Shown here piece after piece: positions 39,999-49,204 of a DNA stretch of 64,000 nt (the first letter of the stretch is position 1; the number at the start of each line of letters is the position of its first letter). This stretch comes from Minisyncoccia bacterium (GTDB lineage Bacteria > Patescibacteriota > Minisyncoccia > Phycocordibacterales > UBA9973): contig CBFHKH010000001.1 of NCBI GenBank assembly GCA_965656375.1, positions 13,432-77,431 of the forward strand, written 5' to 3'. Under the pieces are notes generated by a model that worked only from the letters and a program-made list of their open reading frames with translations, was not told the origin of the DNA and did not search any database. The position numbers and the translations under genes were made by a program.

Positions 39999-40730
39999 AT
40001 GGAAAAAAAAGATTCATCATCATTCATTAAGTACGTTGCTGTTTTTATCATAACGCTTTTTGTATTTGTTATCGCATCCTACCTTTCAGATTTCTTCACG
40101 AATAAGAAAATCCAGAGTATCAAGACGATCCAGGACAATATATTCCTTGACCTTCTTTCGTCTGAAACGCAATTCTCTCTTTTGCAAGAGATTCCATGCA
40201 ATACAGATAGTGGCTCAATCGTTTCTCCCGAGATGAATAACCTCGCTCAGAAAGTTGCCTCAAGCGAGCGAAGCTCAAGTATAAGCGAAGATGAAATTAC
40301 CAGTCTCAAAAAGTATTATTCAATACTCGAGATCAAAGATTATCTTTTGATGAAACGGATCAGCCAGCGCTGTTCTACTAAAAATGAGTTCATGCTTTAT
40401 TTCTACGAAAGCGATACGTGTGATGAATGTATGAAGCAGGAATATGTTCTCGATGCACTTCGAGTCAAATATCCTCAGTTACGAGTGTATCTCTTCGATA
40501 CAAAACTTGATCTTTCTGCACTTCGTTCGATGATAAGCATCTACAAGCCGGAAAAAGACTCAACATCATGGCTTGTCGTTAATGACAAAGTGTATACTGG
40601 ATTCAAATCAGTAGAAGATATTGAAAAGATAATTCCTACACTCAAAGCATCGGTAAAAGATGAATCAAAATCTTCATCGAGTGGAGAGAGTGCTACATCA
40701 TCAAGCAAACCTACCTCAAAGACTCGCTAA
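39999..40730 (+). CDS. Hypothetical membrane-anchored protein with C-terminal thioredoxin-like CxxC
   Basis: N-terminal TM; LYFY...CDEC; Ser-rich tail. Confidence 0.6.
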   Translation: MEKKDSSSFIKYVAVFIITLFVFVIASYLSDFFTNKKIQSIKTIQDNIFLDLLSSETQFSLLQEIPCNTDSGSIVSPEMNNLAQKVASSERSSSISEDEITSLKKYYSILEIKDYLLMKRISQRCSTKNEFMLYFYESDTCDECMKQEYVLDALRVKYPQLRVYLFDTKLDLSALRSMISIYKPEKDSTSWLVVNDKVYTGFKSVEDIEKIIPTLKASVKDESKSSSSGESATSSSKPTSKTR

Positions 40731-40733
40731 TAT

Positions 40734-41177
40734 ATGAAAAGTTTGTCTCGGAAGTTCATAACCTTTTCTCTTATAGGTATACTCAATACGCTGATCGACT
40801 TTGCGTTCTTCAATGGATGTATCTTTGTATTTGGACTGCCATATCTATGGTCATACCCACTCTATAAAGGGGTGAGCTTTACGATCGCATGTATTAACAG
40901 CTACTTTCTCAATACTCGATTTACATTTCAGGTAGAGAAAAAGACTGTCCATTCTTTTTCTTACTTTTTCCTTGCTACGATATCGGGCATGGCAATAAAT
41001 ATCTTGATTGCAACTGTTTTGTTCGCAGTGACCGAAGGGACAGGCATATCGTTATTCATACGTGCAAATGGGTCTGCTATTATTGCCACAATTGTGAGCA
41101 TGGTATGGAACTTTATTTTTTATAATTATGTTGTATTCCGTTCAAACAATAAAACAGTGGATAAAGAATCCATCTAA
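40734..41177 (+). CDS. GtrA-family flippase-like protein
   Basis: FSLIGILNTLIDF...NSYFLNTRFTF...WNF; four TM helices. Confidence 0.88.
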   Translation: MKSLSRKFITFSLIGILNTLIDFAFFNGCIFVFGLPYLWSYPLYKGVSFTIACINSYFLNTRFTFQVEKKTVHSFSYFFLATISGMAINILIATVLFAVTEGTGISLFIRANGSAIIATIVSMVWNFIFYNYVVFRSNNKTVDKESI

Positions 41178-42561
41178 TCTTTTTGTCGTACTTTTTCTTG
41201 TACTGATAGGGGCACGGATTGTAGATATCTTGCGACCTGCGACACTCTGGTGGGATGCATCTGTGTATATTGGTATGGCACGATACCTGTCATCTTTTGG
41301 AGCGAACGGCCTCTGGGAATTTTTCCGCCCACCCCTTTTACCGATTATATTTTCTGTTGGAGGATTTCTTCATATTGGGCTCATTTTCTGGGCAAAGCTC
41401 GTTACATTTTTCTTTGCTGCAGGTTCACTTGTTCTACTCTATCGCATCGGTGAGCGCATTCGCCCATTCGTAGGTGTGTGTGCAAGCTTCATACTTGGGA
41501 TTGCAAGTCTATTTGTGAGCTTTACTACAGTGCCAATGACAGAGATTTCTGGTATCTTCTTCAGTCTGGTTGCACTGTATCTCTTTATCTCAAAAAGGAA
41601 TACATTTATTGTAGGAATAGGTGTTGCACTTTGTTTCCTGCTCAGATTTCCGTACGGAATTCTTTTTCCGCTATTTGGACTTTTGATACTTGTGTCTGGG
41701 ATAGTAAATCGTACTCGATTTAAAGATGTATTTGTATCTGCACTCATGTATGGCCTCGGATTTGCGCTCATCATACTACCGTATCTTATTCTCAATAGAG
41801 TGTTGTATGGAAGCTACCTTGAACCCTTTATTGTAGGCAGTCAGATGATTACAGGATCGCTCTGGCTCTATGATCAATCGGTATGGTTTTACACACAAAA
41901 GCTTTTTATAGATAATCCGATCTCACTTTTTTCTCTGGTAGCCATCGTCTCTATAGGTAAAAGAGAACTCTCAAAAGAACAGAAAATATTTCTTGTTTTC
42001 TTGTGTGCATGGGTTCTTATATTCTTGGGCTACTTTACTTCTAACCCTCACAAGGAATGGAGATATATCGCGCCAGTTCTGCCTGCGCTCGCACTCCTTG
42101 CCGGGGTTGGTCTCTTCTATTCATATCGTTTTTTGAACAAAATCTTTTTCATTCTCGTAGTTCTTGCGATGTCAGTCTACGCGTTCTCACATACGACTAT
42201 CTACACCGCTACAAAAGTAGAATCAGGTGCCTATAGAGAATTCTATAACTTTCTAAAGACAGAACGAAATGCTACGGTTATATCGGATTCTCCGATCATT
42301 ACTGCATACTCGCCAGTCCGTATTATACCTGCATATGATACGTGGGAGAATTTCCACCGTGTTTATAGCGAGAGCAGAGACAAAGCTGACTATATCCTGA
42401 TCAATACATGCGAGCTTCATGTTTGTGTTCCGGGGAAAGAAAAGGAGTGTGAAGCAAAGAGATTAAATACCCTAAACGAGATAGAAAAAAGAGAATCCAT
42501 CATCTACGACAAGACCGAGATGAGTTGTCGCCTTATTATTAGTAAGATTAACAAGCAGTAG
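41128..42561 (+). CDS. GT-C fold integral membrane glycosyltransferase (ArnT/PMT_2-like)
   Basis: WWDASVY, RPPLLP, HKEWRYI motifs; many TM helices. Confidence 0.8.
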   Translation: MLYSVQTIKQWIKNPSNLFVVLFLVLIGARIVDILRPATLWWDASVYIGMARYLSSFGANGLWEFFRPPLLPIIFSVGGFLHIGLIFWAKLVTFFFAAGSLVLLYRIGERIRPFVGVCASFILGIASLFVSFTTVPMTEISGIFFSLVALYLFISKRNTFIVGIGVALCFLLRFPYGILFPLFGLLILVSGIVNRTRFKDVFVSALMYGLGFALIILPYLILNRVLYGSYLEPFIVGSQMITGSLWLYDQSVWFYTQKLFIDNPISLFSLVAIVSIGKRELSKEQKIFLVFLCAWVLIFLGYFTSNPHKEWRYIAPVLPALALLAGVGLFYSYRFLNKIFFILVVLAMSVYAFSHTTIYTATKVESGAYREFYNFLKTERNATVISDSPIITAYSPVRIIPAYDTWENFHRVYSESRDKADYILINTCELHVCVPGKEKECEAKRLNTLNEIEKRESIIYDKTEMSCRLIISKINKQ

Positions 42562-42562
42562 C

Positions 42563-43297
42563 ATGGATATAAGCATCATCATTCCTGCATATAATGAAGA
42601 GAAGCGAATCAAAAAGACGCTTGATGCTGTTTCAAGCTTTCTCCGTACAAGGAACATGGCATTTGAAATAATTGTTGTTGCCAATAACTGTACTGATAAC
42701 ACCGTTTCGCTTCTTGAGAATCTTAAAGAAAGCTCAATTCCAGAACTTGTAATTATAAACATTCCTCATGAAGGTATAGTCGGAAATACAAAAGGCTACG
42801 CTGTCGAAGTGGGCATGAGAGCTGCCAGGGGAGCATGGCATCTTTTTATTGACGCTGATAATGCGACTCGGTTTACAGAAGTACTTGAGTTTCTGAAATA
42901 TGGTTGTGGTGGATACGATGTGATTATCGGCTCGCGGTATATTTCCGGGGCTCATGTAGTAAAGAAACAGCCACTGTATCGTATTATATTGTCGCGTGTG
43001 AGCAACCTTTTGATTCGCCTCGTTCTTCTTCCTGGTATCTACGATACACAGTGTGGATTTAAAATGTTCCGAAAAGATGTGTCAGAAAAGATTTTTTCCC
43101 GTACGACCATCGAGGGTTGGGGAGCAGATCTCGAAATGCTTGCAATCGCTCGAGTATGGAAATTCAAGATAAAAGAAGCTCCGGTCTATTGGGAGGCGCA
43201 AGATGAATCTACCGTACGGTCACATGCCTTCTTCTATACACTCAAGGAGTTATTTGTTATACGTCATCGTGTACTGAAAGGGGATTATAAAAGATAA
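42563..43297 (+). CDS. Polyprenyl-phosphate glycosyltransferase (GT2, DPG-synthase/GtrB-like)
   Basis: IIPAYNEE, FIDAD, IGSR, DTQCGFKMF. Confidence 0.88.
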   Translation: MDISIIIPAYNEEKRIKKTLDAVSSFLRTRNMAFEIIVVANNCTDNTVSLLENLKESSIPELVIINIPHEGIVGNTKGYAVEVGMRAARGAWHLFIDADNATRFTEVLEFLKYGCGGYDVIIGSRYISGAHVVKKQPLYRIILSRVSNLLIRLVLLPGIYDTQCGFKMFRKDVSEKIFSRTTIEGWGADLEMLAIARVWKFKIKEAPVYWEAQDESTVRSHAFFYTLKELFVIRHRVLKGDYKR

Positions 43298-43338
43298 AAC
43301 AAAACACTCACATCTAAATGTGAGTGTTTTGTTTTATC
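43293..43338. terminator. Bidirectional terminator between the GT2 gene and the tRNA
   Basis: 21-bp perfect inverted repeat GATAAAACAAAACACTCACAT-ctaa-ATGTGAGTGTTTTGTTTTATC. Confidence 0.75.
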
Positions 43339-43414
43339 TGGAGCCGCTTCTCAGACTCGAACTGAGGACCTTCGCTTTACAAAAGCGTTGCTCTACCAAC
43401 TGAGCTAAAGCGGC
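43339..43414 (-). tRNA. tRNA-Thr (anticodon UGU)
   Basis: Reverse complement GCCGCTTTAGCTCAGTTGGTAGAGCAACGCTTTTGTAAAGCGAAGGTCCTCAGTTCGAGTCTGAGAAGCGGCTCCA: 76 nt, D-arm, TGT anticodon, TTCGA, encoded CCA. Confidence 0.96.
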
Positions 43415-43454
43415 AATATAATATCTATCCTAACACCTTGTCTAAATTTACCAA

Positions 43455-43497
43455 AGCCGACGATTCTGTCGGCTCCCCGACTGTACCTGCGTCGGGG
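43455..43497 (-). repeat. Double-hairpin CCCCGAC/GTCGGGG element inside a duplicated tRNA 5' fragment
   Basis: Minus strand CCCCGACgcaggtacaGTCGGGG-AGCCGACagaatcGTCGGCT; second copy at 45679..45718 in the opposite orientation. Confidence 0.85.
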
Positions 43498-43522
43498 CTG
43501 AGCTAAAGCGGCGTATATGATT

Positions 43523-43948
43523 TTATACCTGTTCTTCTGTCTTTTGGGTTTCCTGCCCATGCTCTCGTTTTACTCGTTCCTTTATCCTTTTGATCTTCGC
43601 TTTTGACTCTATTACAGTACGCTTTACGAATGAAGGGGATCGAGGTTCTGTACTAGGCGTATTCGTTTTAAACAAAGAATGTGCCTTTGGCCATTTTCCA
43701 ACAATCCATTTCTTAGCCTTTGTTGTCAGTATGAACCAGTACTTTGCACAGGTAAGGACTATTCCTTGTACGATGTGCTTCGTCAAATATAGCATACTTT
43801 TTTCTACCTGTCTAAAGGACACTTCAGGTGTTCGCCTTTCTGTTCTTTCGGGTACGATACGGTTGGTCCGTATCTCCCATGCACGAAAGGCGAGCATCCC
43901 AAATGCAAAAATTATAGCTATAAAGAAAATAATGAAAGTGATGATCAT
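43523..43948 (-). CDS. Hypothetical membrane-anchored basic protein
   Basis: 141 aa, N-terminal TM; starts 2 nt after the tsf stop codon. Confidence 0.75.
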   Translation of the reverse strand: MIITFIIFFIAIIFAFGMLAFRAWEIRTNRIVPERTERRTPEVSFRQVEKSMLYLTKHIVQGIVLTCAKYWFILTTKAKKWIVGKWPKAHSLFKTNTPSTEPRSPSFVKRTVIESKAKIKRIKERVKREHGQETQKTEEQV

Positions 43949-43950
43949 GA

Positions 43951-44733
43951 TTACCCGATAGACTCACGAACAAATTGTACCAATGTTGCACCCTTTCCTG
44001 CAAGGAGAGCACTGATTGTGAGGTCAGGGTTTTTGATGAATGGCTGATCCATAAGAGTCTGCTCTTTGAAGTATGTAGTAATTTTACCTTCAAGCATTTT
44101 CTTTTTGATGTCTTCTGGTTTGTCAGATTCTGCTACTTCTTTCTCGAATACTTCAGTAACCTTTGCCTTGTCTTCTTCCTTGATATCCTCACGAGTCGTG
44201 AATACTGGCTTCATTGCAGCGATATGCATTGCTACATCTTTTGCAAGCTCCTGTGTTCCACCTTTGAGGGATACAACGACCGCAGCCTTTCCAGAGTGAA
44301 CGTATGCACCTACTGTTTCGCCAGTTATTTCTTCGACGCGACCGAGTTCGATTTTCTCACCGACTTTCTGTACAACTCCATTTATCATATCAGTTGATTT
44401 TTCCTTCATAGCGTCTATACCATCTACAAGAGCAATCTGTGCGAGCTCATTTGCAAGTGTAGTGAAGTCTTCATTCTTTGCGACGAAGTCAGTCTCAGAG
44501 TGAAGGACGAGGATAACTGTCTTGCCTGATCCTTCTGCTACGACGATAGTGCCATCATGAGCATCGCGGTCTGCCTTTTTCATTGCGATTGAGCTTGATT
44601 TCTTCTTGAGGATGATAAGTGCCTTTTCCATATCGCCACCTGCTTCTTCGAGGGCATTACGACATTGCATGACGGAAACGCCAGTGCTATCTCTTAATTC
44701 TTTTACCAATTGTGCGGTTATTTGTATAGACAT
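43951..44733 (-). CDS. tsf: Elongation factor Ts
   Basis: ITAQLVKELRDSTG..MQCRNAL, ETDFVAKN, DVAMHIAA, LMDQPFIK. Confidence 0.97.
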   Translation of the reverse strand: MSIQITAQLVKELRDSTGVSVMQCRNALEEAGGDMEKALIILKKKSSSIAMKKADRDAHDGTIVVAEGSGKTVILVLHSETDFVAKNEDFTTLANELAQIALVDGIDAMKEKSTDMINGVVQKVGEKIELGRVEEITGETVGAYVHSGKAAVVVSLKGGTQELAKDVAMHIAAMKPVFTTREDIKEEDKAKVTEVFEKEVAESDKPEDIKKKMLEGKITTYFKEQTLMDQPFIKNPDLTISALLAGKGATLVQFVRESIG

Positions 44734-44741
44734 ATTTTTTA

Positions 44742-44929
44742 GTTACGCTTCTTGAATTATATTCTTTCCTCGGGTCCTCGGGTAAAGTCACCAGACCGGC
44801 TCGGAAATAAAATAATTCAAGAAGCTTTTTGTGAGCGTAACGAATTCTTTTATGAAAAATAGTCTGGCCTCGTTTCTTTTTGAATTTAGCACGAGGAGAT
44901 CCGAGGACTTTTTTCAGAATAGAATTCGT
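44742..44929. repeat. Two adjacent long hairpin elements in the rpsB-tsf spacer
   Basis: Stem GCTTCTTGAATTAT/ATAATTCAAGAAGC around a 25-nt core shared with uvrB; second stem ACGAATTCT/AGAATTCGT carrying a related core in the opposite orientation. Confidence 0.75.
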
Positions 44930-44969
44930 GGAGCGTACTTGATTAAATATAATGGAAAACGTTTAGAAT

Positions 44970-45668
44970 TTATTTCTTATCTCCAGCTGTTCCGCTTCGG
45001 TACGCGTCTTTAACAGCGTTGAGGAAGAATGAAATGCTTGATACTGATGCGTCGTTTGCAATGATAGGGAACTCAACCTGCTTGATATTGCAGTCTGTAT
45101 TGAGGACGCCGATAACAGGCAAATTCATCTTGTGAGCTTCGGTAACAGCAATGTGCTCTTTCTTTGGATCGATTACGAACATAACGTCCGGAGTGCGAGT
45201 GATTCCTGTAAGTCCCTGGAAGTTCTTTGTCATGTCATCCATCTCACGATCAATGAGAAGGCGTTCTTTCTTCGTATATTTATCGAGACCACCTTTTTCT
45301 TTCTGATCGCGGAGGTCGAGAAGCTTTGTAATGCGCTTCTTTATTTCTGGGAAATTTGTAAGTGATCCTCCAACCCAGCGCTCTCCGACATATGGCATGC
45401 CGAGTGCAAGTGCAGTTTCGATGATCTGCTGGCGAGCCTCTGCTTTTGTTCCGACAAAGAGGATCACTTTTCCTGTACTTGCAAGACGGGTGACTTCTTC
45501 GATGGCTTTTTCAAAAAGTTCGTAGCTCTTTTCAATATTTATAATATCAACGCCGTTTTTCGTTGCGAAAATGTACGGTGTTGTTGATGGATGGCGTCGG
45601 CTCTTTGAGTAGCCGTAGTGCGCACCATTCTTGAACATCTCTTCCACGTGTGTTTGTTGTGTACTCAT
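44970..45668 (-). CDS. rpsB: 30S ribosomal protein S2
   Basis: GAHYG, ILFVGTK, RWVGGSLTN, AVTEA, NTDC, IANDAS. Confidence 0.97.
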   Translation of the reverse strand: MSTQQTHVEEMFKNGAHYGYSKSRRHPSTTPYIFATKNGVDIINIEKSYELFEKAIEEVTRLASTGKVILFVGTKAEARQQIIETALALGMPYVGERWVGGSLTNFPEIKKRITKLLDLRDQKEKGGLDKYTKKERLLIDREMDDMTKNFQGLTGITRTPDVMFVIDPKKEHIAVTEAHKMNLPVIGVLNTDCNIKQVEFPIIANDASVSSISFFLNAVKDAYRSGTAGDKK

Positions 45669-45678
45669 ATTCTCTGTG

Positions 45679-45718
45679 CCCCGACGATTCTGTCGGGGAG
45701 CCGACAGAATCGTCGGCT
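45679..45718 (+). repeat. Second copy of the CCCCGAC double-hairpin element, 10 nt upstream of the rpsB start
   Basis: CCCCGACgattctGTCGGGG-AGCCGACagaatcGTCGGCT. Confidence 0.85.
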
Positions 45719-45933
45719 TTAATTATAATATCCTGCTTTCGATGCAGGTGTTCCGTTTTTAAGCATTCCAGCTTATCTACAAGGTCCTTTTTAATAAAAA
45801 ACTTCTGCCTTATCGGCAGACAGGCCTCACGGAACGTAGGACCATAATACCAGAAAAACCATTATTCTGCAAGTCTTTATTTTATTCAGTTTTTTGACCT
45901 AAAGGCTTTTTTAGAGTAGTATAAATGGTACCT

Positions 45934-47379
45934 ATGGAACAATCTAAATTCGAAGATAAAAAGATCACAACTCGTGCCGAAGACTACAATCAATGGTATT
46001 TAGATGTTATAGAACAAGCTTCGCTTGCTGAAAATGCACCTGTAAAAGGCTGTATGATCATCAAGCCCTATGGATACGCTCTGTGGGAGAAAACTCAAAA
46101 AATCCTCGATGAAAAATTCAAAGAAACTGGAGTAGAAAATGCATATTTCCCGATGCTCATTCCTGAGCGGCTGCTTAAGAGAGAGGAAAATCACGTAGAA
46201 GGGTTTGCGCCAGAAGTTGCAGTCGTTACGCATGCAGGAGGCAAGAAGCTTGAAGAGCCGCTCGTCGTTCGTCCAACATCCGAGACGATTATGTACGAAG
46301 TATTTTCAAAATGGATTCATTCTCATCGTGATTTACCGCTTTTGGTAAATCAATGGGCGAACGTTGTCAGATGGGAGATGCGAACACGACTATTCCTCCG
46401 CACTACAGAATTTCTCTGGCAGGAAGGTCATACAGTGCATGCAACAGAAAAAGAAGCTGACCATAGAGCTCGAATGATGCTTGAGGTATACAAAGATTTT
46501 GCTGAAAATTACATGGCAATCCCAGTTGTTCCTGGTCAAAAATCAGAATCAGAAAAGTTTGCAGGAGCACTCACTACATATACGATTGAAGCAATGATGC
46601 AAGATGGAAAGGCTCTTCAGTTTTCAACGTCTCACAATCTTGGACAGAATTTTGCGAAAGCATTTGATGTGAGTTTTCTAGATGAAGAGAGTAAGAGTCA
46701 GTTCGGTTGGCAGACAAGCTGGGGCCTCTCTACTCGCACAATCGGAGGACTCATCATGACTCACAGTGATGACAAGGGCCTCGTGCTTCCTCCTCGCATT
46801 GCGTCTATCCAAGTCGTCATTATACCGATCATACCGAAAGAATGGGACACAGAGCTTGTCATGGAAGAATCAAAATCTCTATTCAATAATCTTAAATCTG
46901 CGCATATTTCAACAAAACTTGATGATCGAGATTTTCGCCCAGGTGAAAAATTCTATGAATGGGAGAAAAAAGGCGTTCCGCTTCGAATCGAGATCGGTCC
47001 GAAAGATATTGCCAATAGTAGTGTTGTGATTGCACGTCGCGATACAGGAGAAAAGAAAACAGTGCCTCTCTCAGAATTAGTAGAGACGGCACAAAGTATG
47101 CTTGATGCGATACAGGAGAATCTGTATTCTCAAGCGTTATCTCGCCGATTAGAAAATACTGTATCGGTTGATACATGGGAGCAGTTTACCGAAGCAATAG
47201 AAGCAGGGAAGTTTGTCCTCGCGCACTGGTCAGGGGAAAAAGAAGTAGAAAGTGAGATAAAAGAAGAAACAAAAGCCACTATTCGCTGTATTCCGTTTGA
47301 TCAAAAGAAAGAAGAGGGTGTCTGTATTAAATCAGGCAAGCCGTCAGAGGGTCGCGTTCTGTTTGCAAAAGCGTATTAA
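45934..47379 (+). CDS. proS: Proline--tRNA ligase (archaeal/eukaryotic type)
   Basis: [47 protein letters not shown]-terminal AKAY; alternative start 45925. Confidence 0.96.
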   Translation: MEQSKFEDKKITTRAEDYNQWYLDVIEQASLAENAPVKGCMIIKPYGYALWEKTQKILDEKFKETGVENAYFPMLIPERLLKREENHVEGFAPEVAVVTHAGGKKLEEPLVVRPTSETIMYEVFSKWIHSHRDLPLLVNQWANVVRWEMRTRLFLRTTEFLWQEGHTVHATEKEADHRARMMLEVYKDFAENYMAIPVVPGQKSESEKFAGALTTYTIEAMMQDGKALQFSTSHNLGQNFAKAFDVSFLDEESKSQFGWQTSWGLSTRTIGGLIMTHSDDKGLVLPPRIASIQVVIIPIIPKEWDTELVMEESKSLFNNLKSAHISTKLDDRDFRPGEKFYEWEKKGVPLRIEIGPKDIANSSVVIARRDTGEKKTVPLSELVETAQSMLDAIQENLYSQALSRRLENTVSVDTWEQFTEAIEAGKFVLAHWSGEKEVESEIKEETKATIRCIPFDQKKEEGVCIKSGKPSEGRVLFAKAY

Positions 47380-47383
47380 ACAT

Positions 47384-48430
47384 ATGTTCAAGAAATTCTA
47401 CAACTCATTTTCCAATGATATCGGCATTGATCTCGGCACGGCAAATACGCTCGTGTATTTGAAAGGGCACGGTATCGTGATCAACGAACCGTCTGTTGTT
47501 GTCGTTAATCAGAAGACTGGGCAAATTGTCGCAGTCGGCGCTGAAGCAAAAGAAATGCTTGGCCGTACGCCGGGCCATGTGCGCGCAGTGCGACCGGTTG
47601 TTGATGGAGTTATTTCGGATTTTGAAGTAACCGAAGAAATGCTTTCATATCTCATCAGCAAAGCAGAAAAGATCTCAAAGAAATTCATTCGTCCTCGTGT
47701 TCTCGTCGGTGTACCGACAGGTATTACAAATGTCGAGATTCGCGCTGTCGAAGATGCTGCTCGTTCTGCAGGTGCACGTGAAGTGTATATCGTCGAAGAA
47801 CCAATGTCTGCTGCTGTCGGTATTCGTATGCCAGTCAAAGATGCTGTCGGATCTGTGATCGTGGATATTGGCGGAGGTACGACTGATATCGCAGTCATCT
47901 CACTCTCTGGTGTCGTTAGATCAAAGAATCTCAAGATTGCTGGTGATCTTCTCAATACAAATATCGTTAACTACATGAAAGATGAATTTAAACTCCTAAT
48001 CGGGGAGAGAACCGCCGAGAATGTAAAGATTGCCATCGGGTCTGTTGTTGAGACTGAACCTATGGAAGCCGAAGTGCGTGGACGCGATCTTGTAACTGGC
48101 CTGCCTCGCCAAGTTGTTATCACGGACTCGGACATTCGCGAAGCAATCATGCCTTCTGTTATTGGACTTGTAGATGGCATCAAAGAAGTCCTCGAAACAA
48201 CGCCACCAGAGCTTCTCTCTGACATAATGCATCGTGGGCTCGTTCTCTCGGGGGGCGGAGCATTATTGAAAGGCCTCAATACTCTTTTGGGGAGTGCACT
48301 TAAGATTCCTATTTACATAGCCGAAGATCCTCTGACTGCAGTTGCTCGGGGAACAGGAGTCATACTCGATGACTTTGAATCATTCAGAGAAGTTTTAGTA
48401 AACACCGATGATACATCAGTTCCGCGATAA
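47384..48430 (+). CDS. mreB: Rod shape-determining actin MreB
   Basis: IGIDLGTANT, EPSVV, DIGGGTT, GRDLVTGLP; ATG at 47384. Confidence 0.96.
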   Translation: MFKKFYNSFSNDIGIDLGTANTLVYLKGHGIVINEPSVVVVNQKTGQIVAVGAEAKEMLGRTPGHVRAVRPVVDGVISDFEVTEEMLSYLISKAEKISKKFIRPRVLVGVPTGITNVEIRAVEDAARSAGAREVYIVEEPMSAAVGIRMPVKDAVGSVIVDIGGGTTDIAVISLSGVVRSKNLKIAGDLLNTNIVNYMKDEFKLLIGERTAENVKIAIGSVVETEPMEAEVRGRDLVTGLPRQVVITDSDIREAIMPSVIGLVDGIKEVLETTPPELLSDIMHRGLVLSGGGALLKGLNTLLGSALKIPIYIAEDPLTAVARGTGVILDDFESFREVLVNTDDTSVPR

Positions 48431-49202
48431 AAAACAAAGAGCGCAGCGTAGAAGTACAATAAAGACCATAGTTGTTTGTGGAGTAATTTTACTGTTATCA
48501 GGTCTTGGTGTCCTCGCATGGTCTGGAAAGATTTTCATTTTCCTCGGTAGGCCTCTTTGGAAAGTAGAGAATACTATTACGAGTAGCGTCGAAAGTGGCG
48601 GGTATCTTGTGCGAACAAAGTCATCAGTTTGGAATGAAAACGAAACTCTCAAAAAGGAAAATGAAGAGCTTAGGCTTTCATTGATAGATCACGATGTCTT
48701 GAAAACAGAGAATACAGAACTTAAAGAGTTACTCGGTCGTATCCCAGTCAAAGGTGAATTCATACTTGCAAGCATTCTTACAAGACCGAATCGTTCTCCA
48801 TATGACACTATTATCATCGACGGTGGGGCACGTGCAGGTATGACTCTAGGTGCTCATGTGTATGCGAATGCCGATGTGCCTATCGGAGAAGTGAGTCGAG
48901 TGTACGCTGATTCCGCGCTTGTGATGCTGTATTCAAATCCGGGTCAGACTACTGAAGGGCTTCTTGATGGATCAAATGCGACGGTGGAGCTCGTTGGTCG
49001 TGGCGGAGGTAATTTTGAAATGATGATTCCTGTAGAACTTGCATCCGAGACTGGTACAGGAGTTGTGCTTCCCGGCGTCAAACCAGAGATCATCGCGCTT
49101 ATCGATGCAGTAATTTCACTTCCCACTGATCCTATGAAAAAAGTTATCCTTCACTCTCCAGTAAACATCCAAGGCCTCAAATGGGTACAAGTGAAGAAGT
49201 AG
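48408..49202 (+). CDS. mreC: Rod shape-determining protein MreC
   Basis: TM, coiled coil (LKTENTELKELLG), IIIDGG; directly downstream of mreB. Confidence 0.85.
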   Translation: MIHQFRDKKQRAQRRSTIKTIVVCGVILLLSGLGVLAWSGKIFIFLGRPLWKVENTITSSVESGGYLVRTKSSVWNENETLKKENEELRLSLIDHDVLKTENTELKELLGRIPVKGEFILASILTRPNRSPYDTIIIDGGARAGMTLGAHVYANADVPIGEVSRVYADSALVMLYSNPGQTTEGLLDGSNATVELVGRGGGNFEMMIPVELASETGTGVVLPGVKPEIIALIDAVISLPTDPMKKVILHSPVNIQGLKWVQVKK

Positions 49203-49204
49203 CG

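Noticed and set aside
43449-43512. attL/attR of an integrated prophage or island at tRNA-Thr
   Set aside because: The duplication is of the 5' end, only 98 bp away, with no integrase or cargo between the copies
45789-45843. Pseudoknot in the rpsB leader using GGTCCT/AGGACC
   Set aside because: GGTCCT lies directly after the predicted -10 box and is probably not transcribed
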